DNA of 64,000 nt from Candidatus Kaiserbacteria bacterium (GCA_963813065.1 CAWEXP010000008.1:73289-137288), one strand, 5' to 3'; counted from the stretch's first letter, positions 1 to 10,819 are shown. The notes: generated by a model from the sequence alone, not told the origin. Made by a program: numbers and translations.

Positions 1-2527
1 GAGTGGTTGTGGCCAATTCGTCACTCGTACTCGCCACTTCTTGCTGAATCACCGTGGGAATAGAAATACTCCCGCTCGGCACTGACGAGGTTGGCGGCAA
101 GGTCGAACCGGCACCCGAGGAAGACCCGGTCGACAGCGGGGGAGGAGTATCGGGGACCGGCGGCACGTATGAAGTTATTGCGCCAATTTGCGGAGTAATG
201 CTGATAACATTCTGCCCGTCACCATTTTCGTCTACCGAGAGCGGGGAGGACGTATCGAGGCCATTTGAAATAGTGAGCGTTGCGAGAGTATTCGCAGTGG
301 TCGGGACATTCGCGATGGTGCTCGATGCGAGAATTGAATCGTCGTCACTGAGCTCCTGCAGATCAATTGAGAAAGTTCCGTCGGCGAGACCATTCATCTT
401 CAGCGTGTACTGCGGGCCCTCGGGGGCGATAATATATTTCACGTCACCGAACTGGTTGTAGGTCGCGCCGGGGATTTGTTCGTCGGTGGTGCCGTCTCCC
501 GCGGGGCCAGTATGGTTGCCGGTAGAGTCGTACAGGCCGAGGGTGAGTGGGGAGTGGAGGATGAAGAGAAGTTTTTTGCTCGCATCCAGTGTAGGAGGTT
601 CAGAAATGGTTATGTATTCTGGAAGTGTGCTTGTGCTATTTTCAATCAAATTAGTGACGATTTCTTGCGTTGGTTGTGCTTCAAGAATATTTTTGTGCTG
701 ATATGACGCGTGTTGGTCACGATTGTATTTTGCAAGATTGAGCCAGTAGTGCGTTACATCCATTGTTTTCGCCATCATTAGTGCGCTCGGGACGGGCACA
801 ACACTATCTCCATCCTCGGTGAAAATTGGGCGATACTCGCGAATGGGGTGTGCATCGTTCAGCGCGACTGCGGCGATTGGGGGGAGCGTATAGAAATCTA
901 TCCCCGCCACGGTGTCCACGCCCCAGCCCGCGATCTGGTCGACTTCGATGCCAGCAGGCGGCATCCAAGCGTCGAGGAGGCTGTGCTCGGCGTTGGTATA
1001 GGCGATCAGCGTCGGGTTAATCGGCGCGATGGTGGTGCCGAGGAGGAAACGGTCGAGCGTTGCTTGGTCAGAGATGGTAGAGCCGTAGGCTGATTCTTCA
1101 TTCTCATATGCGTCGCCCTCGAAACGAATGATGGGGTGGTGCGGATCGCCGGCGATGCTCGCGAGATACGCAGGAGAAGGGAGCAGGTGATACGCAACGG
1201 GCGCATTGAGCGCGAGACCTTGCGCCGTTTCTTCTGAGACGATGCGAGGGAAGTAATCGGGAATACCCTGGTCATAGCCGTAGAGGAGCGCACCGAGGTC
1301 GAGTGGTACGCCGGATTGCGGCACGCCGACAAAAATAACTTTATCCACCAAGGTCGAAGCTTCGGGGCCGAGCTCTTGCAAGAGCGCTTTCGCCACTAAA
1401 CCGCCATTGCTGTGTGCGACGATGGTTACTTTGCCAGTCTTCGAGCTTGCGGCGAGGCGGCGAAGCGTTTGTTCTATGTAGGGCGTGCTGGTCGCTTGGC
1501 CGTAATCGATGTGCGTACCGGTCTGGGCGCCTTTGGTGAGCAAGTCGTTGAGGGAAAGTCGCCAATCGTAGGCGACCGGCTCCCAGTCGTTGATGGTGCC
1601 GTTCTGTTTTAGCGTGTTCATCTGGCTGATGAAGGAGGCGTAATAGTCGGTGCCGCGCACCGAATCGACGAGCGAATCCTCCTTCGCGTAGACATCGTTT
1701 ACACTCGCGCCGCTCGGGTCGAGAAATAATTTTCGTATCGTGTCGTTCGCAGTGTTCCAGAGGAGCGAGGCCAAACTCTGCTCCGCGCCAGGTTCCCAGA
1801 GCTGGTTCTCGCAAGAGTCGTCGCCACACGAGCCCGCCTCATACAGTCGACTCCCTTCGATACCGGGCAAGAAGAGCACGTTCGAGACCAGTGGTGTCGC
1901 TGGCAGGGTAGGCGAGGTCGTAGCGGCAGTAACAGTGAAATTCGTCACGCCATAATAAAAGAGCGGGTCAGTTGAAGCGGGCCTCGGGCCCTGCGAGAAG
2001 GTTGACGTAACCCAGTCGGGACTCGCCATGCATCCTTCCATATAATTTGAATTGCACCCGCTGACGCCATTCGCCACGCGCATGAGATTTGATTCGTAAT
2101 AGACGGCCGAGTAGTTGCCGGGCTCAAAAAATTGAACCGACGAGGTTGCGCGCGGCTCTTCAGCACCAATGCCGTCATTTAATACGTCGCTCGAAAGAAA
2201 ATTTGCGTTCGAAAAAAGAGTTCCTTTGTAGAAGTCGAGGTGGTACGCAAGATTGGAAAAACTCAAGTCGCTGAGCGCATATTCATAATGGGTGAGTATC
2301 CCCATAAAATTGTTCTGGGGATAGTTGAACGTGACGGGGAGTACGGTATTGAGCGGAAGCGTCACCGTATCGCCATTAGAAATGGTCGTGCTCCCGATGG
2401 TGGTCTGCAATCCAAAGTTCGCGCACGGAGAGTCGGTGCCATCTTGGCAGGCGCTCGCGCGCGGCGGCACCGCGAGCGCGAGCAGGTAAAAAGAAAAGCC
2501 GAGAGCAATGAGCGTGCGAGCGCGCAT
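1..2527 (-). CDS. Secreted alpha/beta-hydrolase (LCAT/PGAP1-like lipase), runs off the window start
   Basis: Translated by hand because it is open-ended and absent from the ORF track. Signal peptide MRARTLIALGFSFYLLALA; motifs VLFLPGIEGSRL, YDWRL and AHSNGG. Confidence 0.75.
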   Translation of the reverse strand, partial: MRARTLIALGFSFYLLALAVPPRASACQDGTDSPCANFGLQTTIGSTTISNGDTVTLPLNTVLPVTFNYPQNNFMGILTHYEYALSDLSFSNLAYHLDFYKGTLFSNANFLSSDVLNDGIGAEEPRATSSVQFFEPGNYSAVYYESNLMRVANGVSGCNSNYMEGCMASPDWVTSTFSQGPRPASTDPLFYYGVTNFTVTAATTSPTLPATPLVSNVLFLPGIEGSRLYEAGSCGDDSCENQLWEPGAEQSLASLLWNTANDTIRKLFLDPSGASVNDVYAKEDSLVDSVRGTDYYASFISQMNTLKQNGTINDWEPVAYDWRLSLNDLLTKGAQTGTHIDYGQATSTPYIEQTLRRLAASSKTGKVTIVAHSNGGLVAKALLQELGPEASTLVDKVIFVGVPQSGVPLDLGALLYGYDQGIPDYFPRIVSEETAQGLALNAPVAYHLLPSPAYLASIAGDPHHPIIRFEGDAYENEESAYGSTISDQATLDRFLLGTTIAPINPTLIAYTNAEHSLLDAWMPPAGIEVDQIAGWGVDTVAGIDFYTLPPIAAVALNDAHPIREYRPIFTEDGDSVVPVPSALMMAKTMDVTHYWLNLAKYNRDQHASYQHKNILEAQPTQEIVTNLIENSTSTLPEYITISEPPTLDASKKLLFILHSPLTLGLYDSTGNHTGPAGDGTTDEQIPGATYNQFGDVKYIIAPEGPQYTLKMNGLADGTFSIDLQELSDDDSILASSTIANVPTTANTLATLTISNGLDTSSPLSVDENGDGQNVISITPQIGAITSYVPPVPDTPPPLSTGSSSGAGSTLPPTSSVPSGSISIPTVIQQEVASTSDELATTT

Positions 2528-2548
2528 TGCACACATGATACTATATGC

Positions 2549-2995
2549 ATGATGGAATATCAGGTTCCGCAGTTCATAGAAGTGGAGGATAAGATTGTTG
2601 GGCCGCTCACGCTCTCGCAATTCATCTACATCGCGGGTGCCGGCGGTCTCTGCATCGTATTCTTCTTCTATCTGCCGCTTATTTTCGCGCTCTTCTTCTC
2701 CGCGCCGGTGGTTGCGCTCTCTGCCGCGCTCTCTTTTTATCGCGTCAATGGCAAACCGTTCATCGAGGTGCTCGAAGCGGCGGTGAATTACTACACCTCC
2801 TCGCATCTCTTCATCTGGAAACACCAGGCTAAACCCGGCCCAGGCCCGGCCGGGTCGCCCGGCACTGCGCAGGACGCAGTGCTTAGGGAAAAACCATTGC
2901 GTGCCACGCCGCGACTCACGAGCGGGAAGCTCTCCGAGCTCGCGTGGCAACTCGACGTGAACAAGTCCCGCGCGCCGCAATCCTCACAATCCTGA
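2549..2995 (+). CDS. PrgI-family membrane protein
   Basis: YQVPQFIEVEDKIVGPLT..QF N-terminus plus two TM helices; lies upstream of VirB4. Start trimmed from the ORF track. Confidence 0.8.
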   Translation: MMEYQVPQFIEVEDKIVGPLTLSQFIYIAGAGGLCIVFFFYLPLIFALFFSAPVVALSAALSFYRVNGKPFIEVLEAAVNYYTSSHLFIWKHQAKPGPGPAGSPGTAQDAVLREKPLRATPRLTSGKLSELAWQLDVNKSRAPQSSQS

Positions 2996-2996
2996 T

Positions 2997-3638
2997 ATGG
3001 CTACCACCCCCGCCACCGCAACCCAAAATTTCGTCCCGGTCCGCGAGATTCGGAACGGCGTCATCATCCTCAAAGATGGAAGCTATCGCGGCGTGCTCAT
3101 CTGCTCCTCGGTCAACTTCGGGCTCAAGTCGGCGGACGAACAGCACGCCATCATCGGCGGCTTCCAGAACTTCCTCAACACGCTCGATTTCTCAATCCAA
3201 ATCGTCGTGAACTCGCGCAAAATGGACCTGCGACCGTACCTCGCGCTCCTCGCGGAGAAAGCGCCTGCGCAGAAGACCGAGCTCCTGCGCCTCCAGCTCC
3301 GCGAATATGAAGAATTCATCCGCTCCTTCGCTGAGCAATCCAATATTATGGTGAAGTCGTTCTACATCATCGTGCCGTACTCTCAACAAATCGAGATAGG
3401 GAAGAGTGCGTCGAGCCTCCTTTCGCGCAAACCGACGGCGGCCGCGAGTGCCGCGGCGCTCGACATCTCCTTTGAAGAAGACCGTGCTCAGCTCGACCAG
3501 CGCCTCGCGCTCGTCTCGAGCGCGCTCTCGGGCACGGGCGTGAGCGCCGTGCCGCTCGGTACCGAGGAAGTTATCGAGCTCCTCTATCGCGCCTTCAACC
3601 CCGGCGAATTGGAAAATCCCATCCGCCTCGACGCATGA
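2997..3638 (+). CDS. TraC/VirB4-associated protein
   Basis: TQNFVPVREIRNG..SVNFGLKS.DEQ..FQNFLNTLDFSIQI pattern typical of the CPR gene preceding VirB4. Confidence 0.65.
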   Translation: MATTPATATQNFVPVREIRNGVIILKDGSYRGVLICSSVNFGLKSADEQHAIIGGFQNFLNTLDFSIQIVVNSRKMDLRPYLALLAEKAPAQKTELLRLQLREYEEFIRSFAEQSNIMVKSFYIIVPYSQQIEIGKSASSLLSRKPTAAASAAALDISFEEDRAQLDQRLALVSSALSGTGVSAVPLGTEEVIELLYRAFNPGELENPIRLDA

Positions 3639-3662
3639 AATATTTAAACATTTAAACATTTT

Positions 3663-5483
3663 ATGTCACTCCTCGATTTTATTAATCGCAAGAAAGAAGA
3701 CACGCCGGAAATCGTGCCGATCTTGCCGAAGGATATTTATAAGCAGGGGGCGCTTGATCTCGTCGACACCATCGCACCTTCGGCGCTGAAGGTGGGTGCA
3801 CGAGAGATCGAGCTTGGGGAAAAGTTCGCCCGCAGTTTCTACACCATCTCGTATCCGCGATTCCTCGCCGACAGTTGGTTCTCGCCCGTCATCAACCTCG
3901 ACAAGGTGCTTGATGTCTCGATCTTCATCCATCCGGTCGAGACGCAGATGGCGCTCCGCAGTTTCCAGAAGAAGGTCGCCGAGGTACAAAGCCAGATTAA
4001 TGAGCGCGAGGCGAAAGGTCTCGTGCGTGACCCACTCCTCGACACCGCGTACCAAGATCTCGAAAGTTTGCGCGACAATCTCCAGCAGGCGCAGGAGAAA
4101 CTCTTTGATGTCGGCCTCTATCTCGCACTCTACGGCGATTCGAAAGAGGAAATTGACAAGACCGAAGGTGACATTCGCGGCATCCTCGATGCCAAGCTCG
4201 TCTACACCAAGCCTGCGCTCTTCCAGCAGGAGCAGGGCTTCCGCTCATGCTTGCCGCTTGGCACCGACGAGCTCTTGGTCAATTCAAAATTGAACTCATC
4301 GCCACTCTCATCAATCTTCCCCTTCGTTTCTTTCGACCTCACGAGCGACCGGGGAATTCTGTACGGTATCAATCGCCACAATTCGTCGCTGATTCTTTTC
4401 GATCGTTTCTCGCTTGAGAACTACAACTCCGTGACCTTCGCCAAGTCGGGCTCGGGCAAGTCGTACGCGACCAAGCTCGAGATTTTGCGCTCCTTGATGT
4501 TCGGCACCGACGTTATCATCATCGACCCCGAGCGCGAATACGAACAGCTCGCCGAGGCGACCGGCGGCCGCTCCTTCCATATCTCGCTCTCCTCGGAGCA
4601 CCACATCAATCCCTTCGACCTGCCACCCGTGCGCGAAGACGAGGACCCGAAGGATATTTTGCGTAACAACATCATCACACTCGTCGGGCTCTTCCGCATC
4701 ATGCTCGGCGGCCTCTCGCCCGAGGAGGACGCCATCATCGACCGCGCCATCAGCGAGACCTACGCGCTCAAGGACATCACCGGCGACGCCAATTTCACCG
4801 GCGCGGAGCCACCTTTGCTCGCCGACTTCGAGCAGGTGCTCTCGGGCATGGAGGGGAGCGAGTCACTCGTCCAGCGTTTGAGCAAGTACACACACGGCAC
4901 CTGGTCGGGCTTCATGAACCAGCCGACCAACATCGATATCAATCAGCAGTTCGTCGTCTTCTCGGTACGCGACATGGAGGATGAGCTCAAGTCGGTGGCA
5001 ATGTATATCATCACACACCATATCTGGAATGCCGTGCGCCACGAGCTCAAGAAGCGCCTCATGGTGATCGACGAGGCGTGGTGGATGATGAAGAGCGAGG
5101 ACACTGCCTCATTCCTCTTCACCCTGGTCAAGCGCGGTCGCAAATATTTCCTCGGCGTGGCCACCATTACCCAAGACGTCGAAGACTTCATGGGCACGCA
5201 GTATGGTCGCGCCATCGTCAGCAACTCCTCGATTCAACTCCTGCTCAAACAATCGTCGAGCGCGATCGATTCCTTGCAAGACGTCTTTAAACTCACGGAG
5301 GAAGAGAAATATCTCTTGCTCGAAGCGGGCGTCGGCGAAGGGCTCTTCTTCGCGGGATCGAAACACGTCGCGATCAAAGTCGTCGCGAGCTACACCGAAG
5401 ATCAAATCATCACCTCCGACCCATCGCAATTACTCGCGATAAAGGCCGAGAAGGATCGCTATGCCACCGCGGACAAGAAGTAA
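3663..5483 (+). CDS. VirB4/TraC-like ATPase
   Basis: Walker A AKSGSGKS, IIDPEREY, Walker B VIDEAW, RGRKY. Confidence 0.85.
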   Translation: MSLLDFINRKKEDTPEIVPILPKDIYKQGALDLVDTIAPSALKVGAREIELGEKFARSFYTISYPRFLADSWFSPVINLDKVLDVSIFIHPVETQMALRSFQKKVAEVQSQINEREAKGLVRDPLLDTAYQDLESLRDNLQQAQEKLFDVGLYLALYGDSKEEIDKTEGDIRGILDAKLVYTKPALFQQEQGFRSCLPLGTDELLVNSKLNSSPLSSIFPFVSFDLTSDRGILYGINRHNSSLILFDRFSLENYNSVTFAKSGSGKSYATKLEILRSLMFGTDVIIIDPEREYEQLAEATGGRSFHISLSSEHHINPFDLPPVREDEDPKDILRNNIITLVGLFRIMLGGLSPEEDAIIDRAISETYALKDITGDANFTGAEPPLLADFEQVLSGMEGSESLVQRLSKYTHGTWSGFMNQPTNIDINQQFVVFSVRDMEDELKSVAMYIITHHIWNAVRHELKKRLMVIDEAWWMMKSEDTASFLFTLVKRGRKYFLGVATITQDVEDFMGTQYGRAIVSNSSIQLLLKQSSSAIDSLQDVFKLTEEEKYLLLEAGVGEGLFFAGSKHVAIKVVASYTEDQIITSDPSQLLAIKAEKDRYATADKK

Positions 5484-6024
5484 ATCGCCGCCTCCGCCGG
5501 AGTGCATGACCTGGGGTGGGGCATTGCCGCTCCTAGTGATTGCTGGGATACTCGATGCGCTCCGCTATTTTTTTCTCTTCTTCTGGTTCTTCGGGCCGGC
5601 AATAGTTGCGTCACAAACGAATAGTGTCGTGGGTCTGGCCGTCGGCGTCTTTACGGGCCCTGCGCTCACCATCTTCGGCGTCATTATGTCGATTGCGGTC
5701 GCGATTGCCGGATTCCTCATCGTGTTCATCACGCTCGCCTTTACCGACTTCCGCATCTTCGAGCGCGAGACAATGGCGCCGCTCTGGTTCCTCGCTGGTA
5801 TCGGTGCCAGCCTCACCCTGATGACGTGGCGTCTCTACGCGACACAAATCAAGCAGGAAAAAGCAGAACTCAAAAAATGGGAGGCGCAGTATGCGGCCAC
5901 GAGTCAGCGCGACCGCACCGCCCAAGTTGCGTATCTTAATGCCCAGAGAGCCGCACAACAACAAGAAGCCGAGAGTGAACAGGAAAACGAAATCCCCGAT
6001 ACCGAACCTGAACCCGCATACTGA
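5461..6024 (+). CDS. Hypothetical membrane protein
   Basis: Several hydrophobic helices; in operon. Confidence 0.6.
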   Translation: MPPRTRSKSPPPPECMTWGGALPLLVIAGILDALRYFFLFFWFFGPAIVASQTNSVVGLAVGVFTGPALTIFGVIMSIAVAIAGFLIVFITLAFTDFRIFERETMAPLWFLAGIGASLTLMTWRLYATQIKQEKAELKKWEAQYAATSQRDRTAQVAYLNAQRAAQQQEAESEQENEIPDTEPEPAY

Positions 6025-6050
6025 CCGCGCCGAGGATATATACTATAGGC

Positions 6051-7040
6051 ATGGCTCTCTCTCGTTCGCGAGGCATCCTCCTCATGGTCGCGGCCAGCGT
6101 TCTCGCTCTGCCGTTGTCTGCGTTCGCACAGTCGGCACCTCCGGCGTTCACCATCTCCGCGAGTCCGCAGTATCCCGTGCCCTATGGCACAGTCAGCATC
6201 GTACCCGCATCAAACCTTCTCGATCTATCGAGCGGCACCTTTGTCGTCTCAGTCAATGGTGCTGAAATCTATCGCGGTAATGCCCAGCCGGTGGCCGTCA
6301 CCCTTGGTGCGGGGGGTAGTGTGACGAATGTTACAGGAACTTTCATTACGGGAAGCACCAATTACAGTCAGCAACTTACTATCATCCCACAGGACGTTGC
6401 GCTCGTCGTCGAGCCCATCGCCTCGGTGCCACCCCTCTATCTCGGTAAGCCACTGGAGCCACTAGAGGGTTCCTCACGCATCGTCGCGGTAGCCAATATG
6501 CGCACGAAGGACGGTACCGCACTCGACCCAACCACGCTCTCCTATGCGTGGACCATCGATGGCACCGCTATCACCAGCTCCTCGGGCATCGGTAAGGCTT
6601 CGATAATCGCCGCGAGCCCGCTCCAGTACCGCGCGAGTACGGTCTCGGTAGTGGTCACCAGCCCCGACGGCACCCTGGTCGGCGGCGATTCGGTCGCGCT
6701 CAATCCACAGGAAGCAAGTGTGCGCCTTTATGCAAACAATCCACTCATGGGTATCCGCTTCGACCGCGCACTCGCCGGCGCTATTGCTCTGACCGGCACC
6801 GAGGAATCGCTCTATGCGGCCACCTACTCACTCCCGACGAGTTCGGGGAATCCGCTTCTCCAATGGTTCCTCAACGGCACCTCCGCACAATCCGGCGCAC
6901 TCATCACCCTGCGGCCGACCGGGCAAGGGGCTGGCACCGCGAACGTATCGCTCACGGCGACAGCCGGAGCAACAACCGCCTCAGCGAATCTCTCCCTCTC
7001 CTTCGGCTCCAATTCTGGCACTAACTTATTTGGCCTATGA
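6051..7040 (+). CDS. Secreted Ig-like hypothetical protein
   Basis: Signal peptide ending SAFA; beta-rich, with LSYAWTIDG. Confidence 0.65.
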   Translation: MALSRSRGILLMVAASVLALPLSAFAQSAPPAFTISASPQYPVPYGTVSIVPASNLLDLSSGTFVVSVNGAEIYRGNAQPVAVTLGAGGSVTNVTGTFITGSTNYSQQLTIIPQDVALVVEPIASVPPLYLGKPLEPLEGSSRIVAVANMRTKDGTALDPTTLSYAWTIDGTAITSSSGIGKASIIAASPLQYRASTVSVVVTSPDGTLVGGDSVALNPQEASVRLYANNPLMGIRFDRALAGAIALTGTEESLYAATYSLPTSSGNPLLQWFLNGTSAQSGALITLRPTGQGAGTANVSLTATAGATTASANLSLSFGSNSGTNLFGL

Positions 7041-8575
7041 AAAAAACACTTCTAGCCCTCGCGTTCCTGGCCATCGCTCCTGTCGCTTTTGCGGAGAACA
7101 CTTCTTTTAGCAATGCCGGCACGCTCGGCGCTTTCTGTGACGGTGCCACGTTCGGTTGTCAGACCGGACTCACCTGCGACACCACTGTCGGCGACACGAA
7201 CTACCAGACCTGCCAGACAGATCTCAGCGTCAACCTCAACACCACGCCGACCGGCGCGAGTGGTGGTTGCACCACCAACAGCACGGCAGCCCAATGCAAA
7301 AACGCACAGCTCAATTCCGCGATACAAAATGCTACCAATAACGTCGTCAACGGCACCTACACCTGCAAGCCTGCTTGCACCACCGGGTACACCTGCACGC
7401 CGGGCACCCTCGGTAATACCTGCGTAGCGAGCCAGCAGGGCATCACCCAGAGCATCCAGACTTCGAATAGCGCCCCTAATAGTTTTGTTCCGCTCGCGCC
7501 CATCCCCGGCCTGACCCAAGGCGCGACGAGCGATAGCTCGGGTATCGCGAGCTTCCTCAACAATCTCTATAAATATCTCATCGGCCTCGCCGCCGCACTC
7601 GCCGTCATCGAGATTATCTGGGGCGGACTCGAGATCGCGACCCAGGACTCGGTAAGCAAGAAGAGCGATGGACGGAAGCGCATCACCGACGCCGTGCTCG
7701 GTCTCGTACTCATCCTCGCGCCCGTACTCGTCTTCACCATCATCAATCCGAGCATCCTTAATCTCTCGGTGGGTATGCCGGCGCTCAATACGCCGACGGG
7801 GACATGGGCGGGTGGCGCCACAACGCCCATCGATCAAGGAGTCGCCTGCGCCAGTGGTACGGATTGTTCTGCCGCGACCCAACAATGCAATTCAGCGACG
7901 GGGCAGGACCAGTCGGCGAACAATGAGCCTCATGCGTGCCTAAAAACAGGAGGAACTATCGATACTTCAATTGCAAAAAACTGCGTTATGTATCTGACGA
8001 AAGTCCCTGATGTGTGCCCCGCAGACTGTACTGCGGCTGGGGATACGTATGGTATCGAGTGCACTGGAAATTCTGTTGCGAATGGCGCTGGCCAAGCAGG
8101 GTTAACTACTGCTCAGATTCTCGCGGGCGCGGATTCGCGATTTAACGGAAGCTATGACACACTTGTCAAGTTTACGGGGGTGGACGCTGTGCATCAAGCA
8201 CAGAACTATCCGTGTCAGGGGGGTTCGTCACAAACGCATCAGTCATTTGCTTGCACGGGATCCGCGACTGATTGTGTGTATGCGCTGTGCACCACACCTC
8301 AACTGACATACTTAGGAATACAAATCGGATCGGTTTTTACACCAAGCATAGAATCGAATACTAATTATATTGCCTATTCAGGCCAGTGCCAATCGATCAA
8401 AGACGATCTCTCCGCGGATGGTGCCACGCGAGCCGATGGTGTCACGTGGACCACTGTATTCGATAACGGTGCCAGCAATGCGCCGGCCGGAGGAACCGTT
8501 CTTTGTTCAACCACCCAAGCGGCGGGTCAAAAACCCCAGTGTGTACAAGTTACCGCTACTTGTAAATTGCAATAA
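7037..8575 (+). CDS. CPR pilin-like protein (VirB2/TrbC-like TM hairpin) with Cys-rich extensions
   Basis: Signal peptide; core YLIGLAAALAVIEIIWGG...RITDAVLGLVLIL...IINPSIL; many Cys. Confidence 0.7.
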   Translation: MKKTLLALAFLAIAPVAFAENTSFSNAGTLGAFCDGATFGCQTGLTCDTTVGDTNYQTCQTDLSVNLNTTPTGASGGCTTNSTAAQCKNAQLNSAIQNATNNVVNGTYTCKPACTTGYTCTPGTLGNTCVASQQGITQSIQTSNSAPNSFVPLAPIPGLTQGATSDSSGIASFLNNLYKYLIGLAAALAVIEIIWGGLEIATQDSVSKKSDGRKRITDAVLGLVLILAPVLVFTIINPSILNLSVGMPALNTPTGTWAGGATTPIDQGVACASGTDCSAATQQCNSATGQDQSANNEPHACLKTGGTIDTSIAKNCVMYLTKVPDVCPADCTAAGDTYGIECTGNSVANGAGQAGLTTAQILAGADSRFNGSYDTLVKFTGVDAVHQAQNYPCQGGSSQTHQSFACTGSATDCVYALCTTPQLTYLGIQIGSVFTPSIESNTNYIAYSGQCQSIKDDLSADGATRADGVTWTTVFDNGASNAPAGGTVLCSTTQAAGQKPQCVQVTATCKLQ

Positions 8576-8580
8576 TTATT

Positions 8581-9762
8581 ATGCGCCGCTACCTCATCAT
8601 CTCTGCGATAGGATTGCTCGTTATTGGAGTCTTGTTTGCGGTATATGTGTATTTCTTCACGGGTGGATCTGGTGTCGCGGTCACGCCGAGCGGCACTCTG
8701 CCGGTGGCGGGGCAGGGGAATCAAACGACGAATACCGGCACAGCCTCAGGCACTACTAATCCAGGCACGCCCGAGAAGGTCTCGGCGCGCCTCGTGCGCA
8801 TCGATGCGGGGCCAGTGGTGCCGGGCGAAGTCGCCACGGATGTAGGTACAAGCTCACCAGACATCAACGTGAGCTATATCGAACGTGAGAGCGGCAATGT
8901 TTTTTCGTACCTTGTGCACACCGGCGTTTTGACACGCACCAACAACACCACCGTCCCGCGCCTGCAGTCTGCGCTGTGGCTCCCCGACGCATCCTTCGCG
9001 CTCGTGCAATATCTCTCGGGCGATATTTCAACCCTCAATACCTACGCTCTGCCGGCGACGAACACGAAGAGTGGATTCTTCTTGCCCCAAAATCTCTCGG
9101 GGCTGGCGGTTTCCTCTTCCGCGATCCTGGCGCTCGCTTCAGGCGTCAACGGTTCAGTCGCCGAGATCGAACACACCGATGGTACGCACGTCGCGCAAGC
9201 GTTCACGACACCTCTTTCTGATGTTCGCGTCGGTATTGCCGGTAAGAATTATGTCGCGGTTACTAAATCTGCCGCCACACTCGAGGGCGACGCCTACCTC
9301 GTCGACGCGAGTGGCCGCTTCTCGCGCATCGCCGGCCCTTTGATGGGCCTCTCGGCGCTCGTGAGTCCTTCAGGAAAGTATGCCTTCGTGAGTTACACCG
9401 GTGCTGGCACTCTAAAAACTGAGCTGGTAACCGTGGCAACGGGTGTAGCGCTCCCTCTTCCACTCACCACCATCGCCGATAAGTGCGTGTGGGCGGCAGA
9501 TGATTCTGCGGTCTATTGCGGCGTACCGACTTCTGTTCCCGCAGGTTACGCATATCCCGACGACTGGTACCAGGGTGCGGTTCATTTCTCAGACAAGATG
9601 TGGAAAGTCGATGTTGCAGGTCGGTATGCCGAGCTTGTGCTCGATTTCAGTTCCGCCAACGCTGGCTCGCTCGACGCGACGAATCTCGCCGTCGATCCGG
9701 CGAATTCAGTGCTCGTATTTCTCAATAAAAACGACGGCTCGCTCTGGAGCTATCAACTTTGA
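8581..9762 (+). CDS. Membrane-anchored beta-propeller-like hypothetical protein
   Basis: N-terminal TM helix; KCVW..YCGVP..PDDWYQG motif typical of CPR. Confidence 0.65.
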   Translation: MRRYLIISAIGLLVIGVLFAVYVYFFTGGSGVAVTPSGTLPVAGQGNQTTNTGTASGTTNPGTPEKVSARLVRIDAGPVVPGEVATDVGTSSPDINVSYIERESGNVFSYLVHTGVLTRTNNTTVPRLQSALWLPDASFALVQYLSGDISTLNTYALPATNTKSGFFLPQNLSGLAVSSSAILALASGVNGSVAEIEHTDGTHVAQAFTTPLSDVRVGIAGKNYVAVTKSAATLEGDAYLVDASGRFSRIAGPLMGLSALVSPSGKYAFVSYTGAGTLKTELVTVATGVALPLPLTTIADKCVWAADDSAVYCGVPTSVPAGYAYPDDWYQGAVHFSDKMWKVDVAGRYAELVLDFSSANAGSLDATNLAVDPANSVLVFLNKNDGSLWSYQL

Positions 9763-10484
9763 GTTTGGCGGAGTGAGTGGCGAACGTAATATTCCTGGAC
9801 GATGCCCACAAGGTTCGTCGTGAGGAAATAGAGCGCGACCGCGCTCGAGGCGGTATACGAAATGACGCCAATCAGGAACGGGAAGACGAACTTCAACTGC
9901 AGACCCATCATCTTCTGGAAGTCGGCCTGCATGCCAGTGCCTCCCTCTGAGGGCTTCATGGTCCCTGCGAGCGCGGCGCGTGCTTGGAAGAATTGGGTGA
10001 TGCCCGCAAGCACTGCGAGAACAATTGATTTTCCTGCAACCGAGATGATGCCGAGGAAGAGGAGCGAGGCATGTGCGGGCACGGGTGTAAAAGGGTAGAG
10101 CCGTGCAATATCAATAGATGAGAACGGCTCGTAGCGGAAGACCCAGTAGAGCGCAAGGAGGACCGGTAATTGAATAAACGCGGTCAAAATACTCGCAAAA
10201 GGATTTACTTTGCGTTCTTTGTAGAGCGCCAGCGTCTCGATGGCTTCTTTTTCTTTGTCGTCTTTATGTTTCTCCTTCAGCGCCTTCAAGTGCGGCTCGA
10301 GCTCTTTCATCGCGCGCTGGGTGCGTGCCGCCGAGAGTGTAAAAGGGAGCAGAACGAGTCGGATGCCGATGGTGAGAATAATAACCGCGATGCCTACGTC
10401 GCCACCCGGCACAAAGGCGACGAGCGCGACGAGCGCGTTGTAGATTGGATTATAGAAAGCGGCGTGGAAGAAACTGCTGATCAT
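9753..10484 (-). CDS. yidC: Membrane protein insertase YidC
   Basis: GIAVIILTIGIRLVLLP, IQLPVL and ALYF motifs; synteny with rnpA/rpmH. Confidence 0.92.
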   Translation of the reverse strand: MISSFFHAAFYNPIYNALVALVAFVPGGDVGIAVIILTIGIRLVLLPFTLSAARTQRAMKELEPHLKALKEKHKDDKEKEAIETLALYKERKVNPFASILTAFIQLPVLLALYWVFRYEPFSSIDIARLYPFTPVPAHASLLFLGIISVAGKSIVLAVLAGITQFFQARAALAGTMKPSEGGTGMQADFQKMMGLQLKFVFPFLIGVISYTASSAVALYFLTTNLVGIVQEYYVRHSLRQTQS

Positions 10485-10495
10485 GTATGTGTAGT

Positions 10496-10819
10496 CTACG
10501 GTCTCGGGGTGATTTTAGAAAGGAGGCCTACGAGCTCGGTCTTCAGGTCGCCAGGCGAGAGGTCGCTGGCACTGGCCTTGGGGAATACCACGAGCGCAGG
10601 CGGCAGAGTGAGCCCGCGCAGGAGCGCTAGGACGCGGCGTTTGAGCCGATGACGAGTGACCGAGAGCCGCGCCGTCTTCTTCGAGATAACGACCGAATAC
10701 CCACACACTTCGCCAGAGGGGACGACCAGCGAGAGATGGGTCGAGGATAGTCGCTTGCCTCGAATAACCGCGGGACTATCGAAATCGGCGCGGGTGAGGC
10801 GAGAGCGGCGGGGGAACAT
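10496..10819 (-). CDS. rnpA: RNase P protein component
   Basis: VISKKTARLSVTRHRLKRR motif. Confidence 0.9.
   Translation of the reverse strand: MFPRRSRLTRADFDSPAVIRGKRLSSTHLSLVVPSGEVCGYSVVISKKTARLSVTRHRLKRRVLALLRGLTLPPALVVFPKASASDLSPGDLKTELVGLLSKITPRP

Noticed and set aside
54-2550. Many short ORFs from the track in this interval, and antisense ORFs throughout the window
   Set aside because: They are shadows of longer, motif-supported genes in GC-rich DNA.
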